From assembly GCF_964188315.1 (NCBI RefSeq), contig NC_135663.1, forward strand, positions 10,168,001 through 10,232,000: 64,000 nucleotides of DNA, read 5' to 3'. This DNA is from Podarcis muralis. Lineage: Eukaryota. The translations under genes were made by a program, and so were the position numbers. Below the pieces are notes generated by a model that was given only the letters and a program-made list of their open reading frames with translations, searched no databases and was not told the origin of the DNA. This document shows positions 1 through 11,830 of this stretch, one piece after another; the stretch's first letter is position 1, and each line of letters opens with the position of its first letter.

Positions 1-542
1 TTGATATGGGTGCTTGAACTTTCCTGTGTGTTCGACCCATGCTATACCCAAGTCAAAAATATAACTTTTTACTGCATTGCTAAATGTCAACTTCAAGACA
101 AGTGCAGCACCCATCATCAGCCACACAGGTACAACATAGCAACTGATGACACTGAATAAGCCAACGGAAGAGAAGGGTAAACTTTGAGCTAATAACTCAA
201 CCATACCATGCACTCAATGATTTTATGATTCCAGAAACAACAACAGGGAAAAATACATTGAAAGTATGGTCTTGTAGGCAAATTATAAGGCTGTGTACAC
301 ATTCGTGTTTACTCTGCATCAAGTGCACTCTCACTGCTGGTTTGGAAAGTGGTATGCACACATTAGCCATACCTAATCTGCTGTACCTTATGAAATATTG
401 AGTTTTGATTCAATCCCACCCCCCACCCCCCGCCAAAACTGCTTCAATATGAACTGAGGGGAAAAAACTTCTAAGTCTGTAATGCATACGCAACTTTGGA
501 GTCACTGTGAAGATACAAAAAAATTATTTGCAGGATTTTGCA

Positions 543-857
543 TGCTGTGGGTTAAACCACAGAGCCTAGGACTTGCCAATCAGAAGGTCAGCGGTTTGAA
601 TCGCCGTGACAGGATGAGCTCCTGTTGCTCCTGCCAACCTAGCAGTTCAAAAGCACATCAAAGTGCAAGTAGGGAAGGTAAACCGCATTTCCGTGCGCTG
701 CTCTGGTTCGCCAGAAGCACCTTAGCCATGCTGGCCACATGACCCAGAAGCTGTATGCTGGCTCCCTCGGCCAGTAAAGCGAGATGAACGCCGCAACCCC
801 AGAGTCGGCCACGACTGGACCTAATGGTCAGGGGTCCCTTTACCTTTACCTTACCTA
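543..857 (+). mobile_element. Sauria SINE
   Basis: GGTTAAACCACAGAGCCTAGGACTTGCC... body and (CCTTTA)n tail. Confidence 0.85.
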
Positions 858-859
858 AA

Positions 860-1427
860 CAAACTATTTGAAAGTTCTTGAATCTTGCTTCAAGGTATAT
901 GAGGTAGGAGTGGGCTGTGGACCTAATTTATATACAGGTTTGGGAATACAGAGAAAACCTGAACTGGTTTTATTTTGAAGCTGTTATGAGGCCTTGAATT
1001 GAATATTGTAAAATTAATGAATGTTAAAATGATGTTGGATTGAAATGAAACGGCTTTAGCAACAAGGTTAAAAAGAATATGTAAAAATGGATTGATAATT
1101 AGATGAAAATACAAAGTTATAATATGTTAAGATATAGAATTAAGATAAAAACAAAGAGGGAAAGGATTTGCTGAATTAACCATGTGAACTGGAATACAAA
1201 AAAGGGAGGTGTGAGGAGGTCAGGAAACAAGTAAATGAAATATAAGACATGAAAATACTGATCTGTTTTTAATTGTTTTTTTACTTTTTATGTATTTTGT
1301 ATTTTTTCTTTGTATTTTTGTACCTTTTATTTTCTTTTTTCTTTTTCTTTTTTACTTGCTCTTTTTTAATTTTGTAACTCTTTTTTGTCTGTAAAATTTC
1401 AATAAATATCATTTTTTTAAAAAAATA
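860..1427 (+). mobile_element. Probable L1-type 3' UTR with A-rich tail
   Basis: AT-rich body, T-rich tract, then AATAAA and an A-run; resembles the L1 ends at 38.4 and 41.1-41.7 kb. Confidence 0.5.
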
Positions 1428-2966
1428 GAGCCAAGAGTACAGTGGAAACATTTCCTTTGTTATCCCAGAAAACAGAATGCCTCCTATCATCCTTTTCCAC
1501 ACAAGTTATTGCAAACAGTTGTTGTACTGGTTTTAGTGGCCTTCCTAATGAGATGACAGTACTGGGAGATCAAAAATATGACGTGTATAAACTGATTGTG
1601 GTTTATATTGATTATTTAGACTTCGTAGTAATTTGCTTTTAAAGCTCAGGTATATATACGTTTAGCTTTGGATCAGCACATTCAAAATAAACCTGACTGT
1701 TGCTGAAGACACATCTCTTTGCCCTGGCCTTTGGCATCTGAAATCTGTATTTTAGGGTCCATACTAACGGTTTTTAACACTGAATTTTAAATTGTTGTAA
1801 CCAACTCTGGGACCAGTTGGTGAAGGGCAGGTAATAAACATTATTATTATTATAACAACAACAGTATGAATATGCAAACACTTTGTAAGGGTGTTTTATG
1901 CAGTGCAACATTGTTCCCTTATTATCCAACACATATGCTAAGTTCAATTTTGTGACAGATTTTTAAAAAGTATTTACAAACAAAAGATGGTAGGTGATCA
2001 GGGAACGAAAGGCAATCATCAAAGGGCGGTAAAAGTACCTCAAAAGAACCCCAATTCACATTATCCCAATGCTATTCCTAGCAGAAAGGGAAATCACATA
2101 AATGCTACCAGGTCTAGGACTACTACTGCCTCTCTCTATTGCCTCAGCCAGAGCAAATAAGCTCTCTGCCAGAGTTTCCTCCTCTGCTTAAATAAATCCA
2201 CAAATGCGTAACTCACAAAGGTTTGGTTCATTAGCTTGACACGTCACCAACTCTTCAGTAATTTCTAAACAATCCAGTGTATATCACACCAGGCAGGTTA
2301 AACTGGTACCTCGGCATCACAGTCAAACATTCTTCTTCAACACTGGGATCACTGATAATTATTTGGTCTGCTTTCAGACTCACTTCAAAGAGCAGATGCT
2401 CACATTTAAAGGTTTGCACGGCTTAGGGCCTAGGTATCTGCTGGACAATCTTCTCTTGTATCTATTAAAAATGTGGTGTTGACAATGTGTCACTGATGTG
2501 AATTGTGTATTAGTTCATGCGTTTCAAAAAAAATAAATAGTAAGTGCTGCTGCATTGGGGGGTGGGGGTGGCAACTAGCTATTCTGCTTTTGTGCCTGTA
2601 ACCCTGGTTCCAGGAGCCATTTGCCTCTTAGCTTTTCTACCTCTGTTTATAACACTGATGTGCCCTCATGCAAGGATCTACATCTTGAGGCAGTTCTCCA
2701 CATGTCCCCACCATTAGGAGTAGGCAGGTAGCAAGCAGAGAAAGCCTGCCTGCCCTTTTAGTGTTGGTATCCAACCTGTGAAATGCCCTCCCAACACTTC
2801 ATGGACTGATACCACATGGCAAAGATCTTCCTATTTCCCCAGGTGAACATTGCAAACTTTTAACATTTAAGCCGCTATGAGCTTTTTATTGACTAGAGCT
2901 TACATCATGTGCTGTGCTATTGTTTTGTATTTTTTGTTTGTATTTTTACACAAGTAAGCAATTATG

Positions 2967-3872
2967 TATATATATACTGTATATTGTCTCCCTGCTTATT
3001 TAACTTATATGCAGAATTCATCATGCAAAAGGCTGGGCTGGATGAATCCCAAGCTGGAATTAAGATCGCTGGAAGAAATATCAACAACCTCAGATATGCA
3101 GATGACACAACCTTGATGGCAGAAAGTGAGGAGGAATTAAAGAACCTTTTAATGAGGGTGAAAGAGGAGAGCGCAAAATATGGTCTGAAGCTCAACATCA
3201 AAAAATCAAAGATCATGGCCACTGGTCCCATCACCTCCTGGCAAATAGAAGAGGAAGAAATGGAGGCAGTGAGAGATTTTACTTTCTTGGGCTCCATGAT
3301 CACTGCAGACGGTGACAGCAGCCACGAAATTAAAAGACGCCTGCTCCTTGGGAGAAAGGCGATGGCAAACCTAGACAACATCTTAAAAAGCAGAGACATC
3401 ACCTTACCAACAAAGGTCCGTATAGTTAAAGTCATGGTTTTCCCAGTAGTGATGTGTGGAAGTGAGAGCTGGACCATAAAGAAGGCTGATCGCCGAAGAA
3501 TGGATGCTTTGAATTATGGTGTTGGAGGAGACTCTTGAGAGTCCCATGGACTGCAAGAAGATCAAACATATCCATTCTTAAGGAAATCAGTCCTGAGTGC
3601 TCACTGGAAGGACAGATTGTGAAGCTGAGGCTCCAATACTTTGGCCACCTCATGAGAAGAGAAGACTCCCTGGAAAAGACCCTGATGTTGGAAAAGATGG
3701 AGGGCACAAGGAGAAGGGGACGACAGAGGACAAGATGGTTGGACAGTGTTCTCGAAGCTACAAACATGAGTCTGACCAAATTGCGGGAGGCAGTGGAAGA
3801 CAGGAGTGCCTGGCGTGCTCTGGTCCAGGGGGTCACGAAGAGTCGGACACGACTAAACGACTAAACAACAAC
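2967..3872 (+). mobile_element. BovB (RTE) LINE, 5'-truncated, frameshifted
   Basis: RT C-terminal peptides (INNLRYADDTTLMAESEEELK...[22 protein letters not shown]), tail CGACTAAACAACAAC, 11-bp TSD AAGCAATTATG (2956-2966 / 3873-3883), frameshift near 3510. Confidence 0.93.
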
Positions 3873-5445
3873 AAGCAATTATGAGGATGATAAACCACGA
3901 GGGGGCAGGATATACATTTTTAGGGGGGGGGAACAATCTTCGCAGTTCTGTCAATCCATTTTTACACACATTCTAATAGTGCCCCACACTTCCATGCTTT
4001 CTTCTTATAAACAGCTTTACAACTGCAAAAGTACAATTCAGAAACCTGCAACATTTCACCTGGGAAACGTACCCAAATATCCCTTTCTCTTAAGAATCAC
4101 ATAACATTTTCCCTTCTTGCATTAGGGAGCCATCAGCACCACAGTGTTGGAAGCTTCCATGTGCAAGGAACACATCCAGCTTCCACATTTGAACAAAGCT
4201 CTTCTTACTATATTATGACTACTTAACAGTAGAACAGAATGTTATGCCAGGACTGACTGCAAGTTCCTTGGGAGCAACAATCTTTTTTTGCTTGCAAAAT
4301 TATAAAGCATCAAGTGCGATATAAATCATTATTACAGTAGTAGTAATAATGATGATCAGTTTAATAGACAAAACTCTTGATCACCCAAGGCTGCTAGAAT
4401 CTTAACACAATGCAGTTACTAACACTTAAAACAATTAGCTTGACTCTTTCATTCGCTCAAGATCTTCTCACCCCAATGCGGCTATACCTATTGAAAAGAC
4501 AAATGGCATTGTGGAAGGAGAAAGAAAGACCTCCCTATCATTTCATCAGAAGTTCCAGAGTTAATTCTTTGCTAAAACAAGCCCTTAGAACAAAATAAAA
4601 TGAAACGGCAGAAGAAAATCTAATAAAGTCCTCAGTTCCAAAGCAAGACTCATTCAAGACTCAGCAGTTCTTCTAATTCATCCTCATGATTCAAGTCACC
4701 ACGTATGGAAAAGTTAAAGCAATCACCAGTTTGTTGTTCTTTAAATAAATTAATAAAGACACAGAGAATGAAGTTCCCTGCCAATTTGTGTTTAAGTACA
4801 AAGCTGGTGTTTTCAAATATTGCGGGGTGGGGTGGGATGGTGTAAAGCAGTGATATCCTGAACCTAAAAAAGACCCAAAACTTGGGTCACTAAGGCTGCA
4901 GCCCTAACTGCACTTACCTGAGAGTAAGCCCTGCTAAATCAAAAAGGACAGTAGGACTGCAGCAAGAAACACAGCTGGGAATCAGGACTTTCTGTTTTAA
5001 AGTCTCAGCCACAAGAAAATATAATATTGGAGATTAGGGAGAAAGGAATAGGAATTGATTGGGGGGGGGGCTGAGGAAAGACCAAAAACCACAGCTAGCA
5101 AGATAAGGCACACTTTCTGGAGAGCAAGTCTCACACACAGTTGCTTGGGGCGAGGACAGCAGAGGGATCATAGTTGGGTCTTGCGTGTGTGTGTTTTTCA
5201 GAAAAAACGTAGACTTGGAAGGGATCCTGAGGGTCATCTAGCCCAACCCACTGCAATGCTTTTTAGCTTGCATCGATCTCAATAACCTCCAGTTATTTTT
5301 GTCGGATAGGCGATTAACAGGCTTGTTTCATAAATAAGGGGGAAGGAGGGTTGCTGGCTTGGTTCGGTTTGCCTTTGTTCTAGTTTTTAGCATGCGTTTA
5401 GTAGTTTCATGCTGTGAGCCGCCCTGATATCCATGGGTGGAGGGC

Positions 5446-5446
<1 letters not shown>

Positions 5447-5493
<47 letters not shown>
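5447..5493. repeat. (AAT)n microsatellite
   Basis: Seen directly; similar arrays at ~20117, ~31628, ~49363 and ~57388. Confidence 0.95.
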
Positions 5494-5494
<1 letters not shown>

Positions 5495-5689
5495 GTGATG
5501 TTTTTCGCTGGGCATGGAGTGAGCTGGTGATGGTCTGCTGCTGGAATGAATGGGGTCGGTGCTAAATGGTCTGGCTTGCTTTACAACCCCATGGACCTTG
5601 TTCGTGGGGTGGGGTATCGGAAAAGGAGCCCACCCCCCTCAAAAAAATAGAAAAAGGAGGAGGAGGAAAGCGAAGGGAGGAGGCTTCCC

Positions 5690-6560
5690 CTCCCTCCCTC
5701 GGACAAGAGTTGCCCGTAACATTACACAACGTCGGGGGGCGGATGACAGCCGAGCACACCATGTGCGGCGGACACACAGGGCGCGGTTCGGGCAGAGAGA
5801 GGAGAAACCAGGGCGGCAGCAGCAGCAGCAGCAGCTTCTGCCGGGGGGACAGGAAGGGAGGAGCGGCGTTGCCTACTACTCACGGGCGCCGCCGGCTTGG
5901 TGCTGCTGCCCGGTCTCGGGCCCGATGTAGCTGAGCAGGACGGGCAAGGGGACCCCGCAAGGGCCCGGCGGGGCGGCTCTCCAGGCGCTCTGGGGCTGCA
6001 AGCCCGGCGCGGCGGCGCCTCCACGGCCCGGGTAGAGGAGGAAGAAAGGGGGCGAGTCGGGGGGCGCCTCTTCTTCTTCCTCCGTGGCGGCGGCGGAGGC
6101 TTTGCCCTCCTCCTCCTCCTCGCGCTCCGCTTCCCCCTCGCCGTCGCCCGCCTCTCTCTTCCCCGCTCCCTCCATGCTCCCTCAGAGGCTGAGGGTGGCG
6201 GCGGTTCCCTCTTTTTCTCTCCCTTCTTTCTCCTCCTCCTGGACGGCGGCGAGAGTGAGCGGGCAACTTTTTCCACAGGGCGGGCGAAAGAAAGCGGCGG
6301 CGGCGGCGGCGCCTCCTTCTCCCGCCTAGACCAGCCCCCTTCCTAAGCCCTGACTGGGCCCAGGCCGACCGGAGGTTGAGATGGGCCGTCCCGGCCTCGC
6401 GTGGAGCTCCGCCCCCGTCTTGCCTGGCTCTTCTTTCTCCCCTCACGGCCGCTGTGGGCTCCGCTCTGGCGCTTTCCCGCCGCTTTGGGGGGGGGGGGAG
6501 GGAGGGGAAGGTTCTTGCCCCTCTCCTTTTCCCTCAGAAGAGGGGCCACTTCGGTAGGGG
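5690..6560. promoter_or_regulatory. CpG island / GC-rich promoter of RUFY3
   Basis: Very high GC and CpG density, with GGCGGC runs spanning exon 1 and the upstream region. Confidence 0.85.
5884..6175 (-). CDS. RUFY3: RUFY3 first coding exon (long N-terminal isoform); downstream exons lie left of the window
   Basis: ATG at 6175 in good Kozak context (agcATGG) with an in-frame TGA just upstream. Encodes ...DSPPFFLLYPG...SAWRAAPPGPCGVPLPVLLSY..., which matches the remembered human RUFY3 long-isoform N-terminus (DSPVAAPFFLLYPG...SWRTPPSPGSPLPFLLLSY). Phase-1 donor C|GTGAGT at 5884/5883. Lies in a CpG island next to UTP3, as in mammals. Confidence 0.88.
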
Positions 6561-7059
6561 TCAGTTCTGACCCCTTTACTTTGGGGGGTGGGGTGGGTCC
6601 GTTTTGACCCTTTCTCCCTCAGGAGTGGACACATTTCCCGCCCCCTAGGAAGGGCGACCCCTTTGGGGTCAGTTCGTGCCCTTCCCGCCTCTGAAATATG
6701 GCGTGTGTGTGTACCATTATTGCCCTTTGAGTGGCTGTGTGGAAAGAGACCACTTTGCTGGTCAGTTTTTGCCACAGTGGGGTGGGTGGGTGTCTACACA
6801 AACATATATATTATTCAATTTTTCATTCTACATTTGAATTCAAACATCAGCATCATCCCCATTTAGGATTTCCTGAATCCTTAAGACTTCCCACCACCCC
6901 TCCATAGTTTCCATTATCAAACTTTTCCTGCGGCCATCACTAATTTCTCTTTTTCTTTCAATAGTCCATTTTTACCTTCGTTTTTAATACATTACATGCG
7001 TTACTCAGATCCTGCCAAAGTTTTTAGTTGTTTAGTGTTCTCTTAAGTACCGTACATTA

Positions 7060-7375
7060 CAGTAGTACCTCGGGTTACATACGCTTCAGGTTACATACGC
7101 TTCAGGTTACAGACTCCGCTAACCCAGAAATAGTACCTCGGTTTAAGAACTTTGCTTCAGGATGCGAACAGAAATCGTGCTCCGGCGGTACAGCAGCAGC
7201 AGGAGGCCCCATTAGCTAAAGTGGTGCTTCAGGTTAAGAACAGTTTCAGGTTAAGAACGGACCTCCGGAACGAATTAAGTACTTAACCTGAGGTTTGTTG
7301 TTGTTTAGTCGTTTAGTCATGTCCGACTCTTCGTGACCCCATGGACCAGAGCACGAGATACCTGAGGTACCACTG
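7060..7375. mobile_element. Tc1/mariner-type MITE (CAGTGGTACCTC TIR family; other copies ~46299-46522, 47722-47936, 51782-52022, 58340-58710)
   Basis: TIRs CAGT(A/G)GTACCTC...GAGGTACCACTG with TA TSD; five similar copies in the window. Confidence 0.88.
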
Positions 7376-9700
7376 TATAAAGTTCTCCCATTCCTTCTTA
7401 AAGTTCACTGTGGGCTTCATTCTTGACTCCTATCTGCCAGGAAATGGACACTTGAAAGCAGTTCCCACTCCGAATCCACCACAGTTGTCAGTTCCTTAAA
7501 CTAAAATGAACTATATCCCCTCACCCATTTCCCTGCCACACAAAAAAAGTAATTGACATGTTACCGTTACCATTTAGGGCTTAAAACCCTTGAGGAAAAT
7601 GCACTATTTGAGTTTATATTCTGGCTGAGCCTTTTTTCATACCAGATGCAATTAGAAAGGAAATTTGTACCACCTGAGCATGTACAGAAGATGTCACACC
7701 TTGCGGATTTAATTTGCTTTTGTATGCCTAGTAAGGGCTGGGTAACACATTAACTTGATTTCTCTCTGCTCTCTTAAAAATACTGCATTTGAGTTGGTAA
7801 GTAGTAGATGCCACGCTTTGCCTGCAGAAGGTCTCGGGTTTATTAATATTTATTTCTTCTATATCCCACCTTTCCTCCAAGGATCTCAAGGCGGCACAGT
7901 ACATGGTTTTCTTCCTCATTTTATCCTCACAACAACCCTGATAGGTAGGTTAGGCTGAGAGAGTTGACTGGCCCAAGATCGCTCTGTGAGGTTCAATCCT
8001 TGGCATTTCCAGGCAGCGCTCAGAAAGGTTCCCGCTTGAAACTCTTAACCAGCCATTACTACCAAAAGTATTGTTCCCTTTCCCCACTCTACCCCTTGAC
8101 TGCCCCCCCCACCCATTTATGGCTAGGCAGAAATACAAACCTATGGTTCCTTAATCAAACACACTTGCTTGGCTTTTACTGCAAGCATATTGAGAAGCCA
8201 TCGTGAAGCATGGCCTCTCCTCGTAAATGCACACAGAAGAATATGTCTATATTTGCTTACCTCAAATGATCTAGACATGGTCTGTTTGCTAATTTCTGCA
8301 CAGGGGCACTTTCCCTGTAGAAGATAAAAACTCAAACTGCAGCCCGTTTAAAAAGCTTGCCCTAATCTTCCATTTCACCACTTTATCCCCTTTACAAAGT
8401 GATCTCTCAAACATTACAGAGAATTTACAAACTTTTCAAATAAACACCATGGTTCACTCTTATTTCTGATGCCCTAGCATGAGTATCAAACCAAAGACAC
8501 CATTCAATAGGCTTGGGGGAATGCTAAGATTTTCAAAAGTGCAATAATATTTGGGGGAGGGGGACTAAAGAGGTGTGCAAAAACAGCCTACTGAGGACCA
8601 ACCATGATTACTGACCACTGTGCTGTTTGTGGGTACAGGATGTAGAGATGAAGGTAGATGGAATATCACAAAGCATTGCAGCAAAAAAGTCCTCTACATT
8701 GCAAGAGTTTGTCCCACTTGTCAGTCCTTAAAACCACATCTCAAAATCATGGCTTGCTCTACAAAAAGACTGACCTCTCCCCACCTGCAACGGAAGTTAC
8801 TTTTCTGTAAAATAACTTCCAATCACTATTTTCTGTAGCCTTAAACCCCTCACAATTTTAATTACAATGTTAATTACAATGTTGGTGCCCACCACTAAAA
8901 ACAACTCATCACAGCATGTGCCTCTATGCTTCAGGGTTAATATCCCTTTTAAAAAATTAACTACTAATAGGCATCCCCTCACAGTTCATTTCTGAATGGT
9001 TTCTAGTCATTATGTTAAACATACCTGCTAACATTTTAAAATCAAAAAGTGATTGGTTTTGGTTTCACTCAACCCAGCTACCAATGCACCATATGCTAAA
9101 CTGTGGCTTCAAATATGTATACTGTATTAATGTAGAGCACACAGGTAACTTAGAAGGTATATAAAGTATATAGAAAGTTTTTGTGAATCTGAATGAAGCA
9201 AATTAAACTTATGCATTAGAAGCTTTACCTGCCAAAGCTCTTATCATTCACAACATACAAGACCGTCTCCACTTTCGCATTGGATCTGATCAGCCTAGCC
9301 CTAAGTGTATGCTCAAGATAGCTTAATGCAGATTAAATATTCCTTGGGTCCCTTAAGAACTAAGGAGAGCCTTATTGGGTCAGGCCAAAGTATCTGGAAC
9401 TCAATCCTGGGCATATTAACTAAGAATTCCCATTGAGCTCAATGCAGTTACTGAAAGTCAAAAGTGCACAGAAATGCAACCCAGCAGGTCAAAAAGTGGT
9501 GGAAGGTGAGAGGATTGTTGACCTGCTATGTTCTCAATGCAGTGATTGGGATTTACATTTAAACACAGTGCCTGGTTACTGCGGATGACCACAAAGATGA
9601 GCTGCTGGACAAATGAAACAACTGGGAAAGGCAGTTGCCCTGAACTTTGCATACTATGAACAATGCTGCTTTCTCCATGTTAAAATAAATACATATTGCC

Positions 9701-9729
9701 TTTATTTACCCCAAAAATGAACATTTATT
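9701..9729 (-). terminator. Two AATAAA polyadenylation signals for UTP3
   Basis: TTTATT on the + strand at 9701-9706 and 9724-9729, about 50-75 nt past the UTP3 stop codon. Confidence 0.6.
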
Positions 9730-9781
9730 GAGCTCACATTCACTGCCTTCAGCGAGTAAAAAAAGAATTATACAAAGAGAA

Positions 9782-11257
9782 TCACTTAAGCTTAACACTT
9801 TTCTTAACTCCAGCACGAATGCCAGACAGTTCGCCTCCGTATCTTTGTTCTTCTCTTCGGACCTCACGAACCTGCCCCTTCCTACGAATCTTGGCACGTC
9901 TGAATTTCTCACGGTGCTTGACTCTTGGGTTACGATCAATCTTTTTCCTTCTGGGTGTGAGGCCTTTATTCTTGACAATCTGGTATGTTGCGCCTCTCTT
10001 TTGATCTCCTGCTTCCTCTTCCATAATCAGGTCTTCCACACATTCTGTTTCTTCTCGTTTCCTCTTTTTCTTAAGCTTTATCTTTTTTTCCATCTCCTTA
10101 TAATAATTCAGGGCAGCCTCCTCATCCAAATCTGAATCATCTGTAGGTTCTTCAGGATCATTATCATTAGAAAGCTCACCAACAGCTTTAGGTTTGATTT
10201 TATTAACAGGCTTTCTAGCAGGCACGATAAGCTTCTTCCTACCTTCCACATCACCAGCATCACTACTATGGAATTCATTAAGGAGCAGGCGAATCTCCGG
10301 TGACAGTTTTTGGTCCACAGTCGCCAAATCATTTATTAAATTTCTGTAACTTACAAGTCTTTCAATGACGGGGTGACCGTGAACTGGAATCCTTTTGGCT
10401 TTCAGCACCAAGTAAAAACTAATGTTGCAGCAATAGTTCAAATAGAGATGGTATTTGGTCTGTAAATACTGGCTGCCCTTTCCCTCTGGGATGACCCCAT
10501 CTTTTACCATTTGCATGAGCGGCTCCAGTTCATCTCTGAGCTCAGTTAACTTGGCTTCAAAGTCCTGAATCAGCTCCAGCAACTCCGGGGATTCCTTTTT
10601 CAACAGCTTCAACTTCTCTTTTTTAGAGAGAGACTGCAAGTCCTTGGCAATTTTCGACCCGGACTCTTTTCGACCTGGCTCCTGGGCTGCCGCAGCGTAG
10701 GCCTCTATCAGGTCCAGGCCGTAATCATCCTCCCCCAGATTCTGCACCAGCCTTTTCTGAATGGCTTGGGCCTCCTCCTCTTCCTCCAGCTCCTCGGCTT
10801 CGGCTTCCTCCTGGCTCTGCTTGGCTGCTTTGGAGCGAGCCGCAGCCTTGCCGTAGTCGGTGCCGTAATAGAGCTGTTTCCGCTGGCCCCAGGCGAACTC
10901 ATGGGGGAGGCCGAGGTCTCCGCTGCCGCCCCGCTGCTCCTCCAGGTCGCTGTCCATATCCAGGGGCTCGCCTTCGCCTCCATCCTCGTCGTCGTCCGCG
11001 CCCTCATCTTCTCCATCCTCCTCCGTCTCACTCTCCTCAGAGAGCTCTAGTCCCAAGACCTCCTCCTCGCCATCTTCCTCCTCCTCCTCCTCCTCGCTGC
11101 CCAGCGCCGCCAGCACTGCCTCCTCCAGACGCCGCTGGTGGAAATCGTCTGCCTCCTCCGTGAAGATCGGGGCTCCCGGCTCCGGCTCCTCCATCTTTTC
11201 CTCCCGCGGCTGCGAGGCCCTCAGGCCCGGGGCTATTCTCCGCCGTGGCTTCCCCAT
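9782..11257 (-). CDS. UTP3: UTP3 / SAS10 small-subunit processome component, single exon, 491 aa
   Basis: Uninterrupted ORF starting MGKPRRR (ATG at 11257; the ORF track extends it from a GTG). Acidic N-terminus, AWGQRKQLYYGTD motif, Sas10/Utp3/C1D domain (YLQTKYHLYLNYCCNISFYLVLKAKRIPVHGHPVIERL) and the Sas10 C-terminal domain (KGLTPRRKKIDRNPRVKHREKFRRA...YGGELSGIRAGVKKSVKLK). Confidence 0.97.
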   Translation of the reverse strand: MGKPRRRIAPGLRASQPREEKMEEPEPGAPIFTEEADDFHQRRLEEAVLAALGSEEEEEEEDGEEEVLGLELSEESETEEDGEDEGADDDEDGGEGEPLDMDSDLEEQRGGSGDLGLPHEFAWGQRKQLYYGTDYGKAAARSKAAKQSQEEAEAEELEEEEEAQAIQKRLVQNLGEDDYGLDLIEAYAAAAQEPGRKESGSKIAKDLQSLSKKEKLKLLKKESPELLELIQDFEAKLTELRDELEPLMQMVKDGVIPEGKGSQYLQTKYHLYLNYCCNISFYLVLKAKRIPVHGHPVIERLVSYRNLINDLATVDQKLSPEIRLLLNEFHSSDAGDVEGRKKLIVPARKPVNKIKPKAVGELSNDNDPEEPTDDSDLDEEAALNYYKEMEKKIKLKKKRKREETECVEDLIMEEEAGDQKRGATYQIVKNKGLTPRRKKIDRNPRVKHREKFRRAKIRRKGQVREVRREEQRYGGELSGIRAGVKKSVKLK

Positions 11258-11329
11258 GTTGCCGGCAGTGAGGACGGATCGGCAGTCGGCAAACAAGCGT
11301 GCAGTATTGCTGCTGTGCGGCCGCCAACG

Positions 11330-11830
11330 CACAACACTACTTCCGGGTCGAAGGTCGGTGACCCTGGAAACAGGCTTTCACTTCCGGCTCACAAGAAACG
11401 GGTAAGCCCCCGCCTCCACCTAACTAATTCCCAATTGTCATTTCCTTGTTCAGGAAATAACCGGCGGCCGTAAGTCTGACGCTTGCCGTCCTTAATCTAT
11501 GCGTCTCCAGTATATCCCAAACTGTACAGCGACCTTCCTTTCGAGGTGCTTTACTTCCTGCCTGGAGTAAGCGAGTAAATTCTACTTCCGGTCGGTTGAT
11601 GCGCCCTGCTTTATACCTTCCGCCTCACTTGTGGACGCTCTGGTTTCGGTAAGAAGCATAGAGAGGTGATGGGGAGGGTGCGCGCCGGAGGCGAGGCGGG
11701 GCGTTCGGCCGATGAAGTGCGCATGCGAGAACCGCAGGGGGACACGTGGCCGACGTAAAGCGTGCGGCGTAATGGAGTGCTAAGCGGGTGTATCTCAGCC
11801 TCTTCCGCTGCTTCCATTTAATAGAACGAG
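11330..11830. promoter_or_regulatory. UTP3 housekeeping CpG promoter
   Basis: ETS/GABPA-type ACTTCCGG at 11339, 11380 and 11584; NRF1-type TGCGCATGCG at 11718-11727; E-box CACGTG at 11743-11748; CpG-rich. Confidence 0.75.

Noticed and set aside
1-5883. RUFY3 RUN-domain exons or the alternative short-isoform first exon
   Set aside because: No PNYLMANERMNL- or MSALTPP-like coding sequence was found on the - strand; these presumably lie beyond the window edge.
5550-6775. Many long overlapping ORFs around the RUFY3 CpG island
   Set aside because: Artefact of GC-rich, stop-poor sequence; only the frame 5876-6175 has recognisable homology and a proper splice donor.
11258-11332. 25-aa N-terminal extension of UTP3 in the ORF track
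   Set aside because: It starts at a GTG; the first ATG (11257) gives a normal UTP3-like start.
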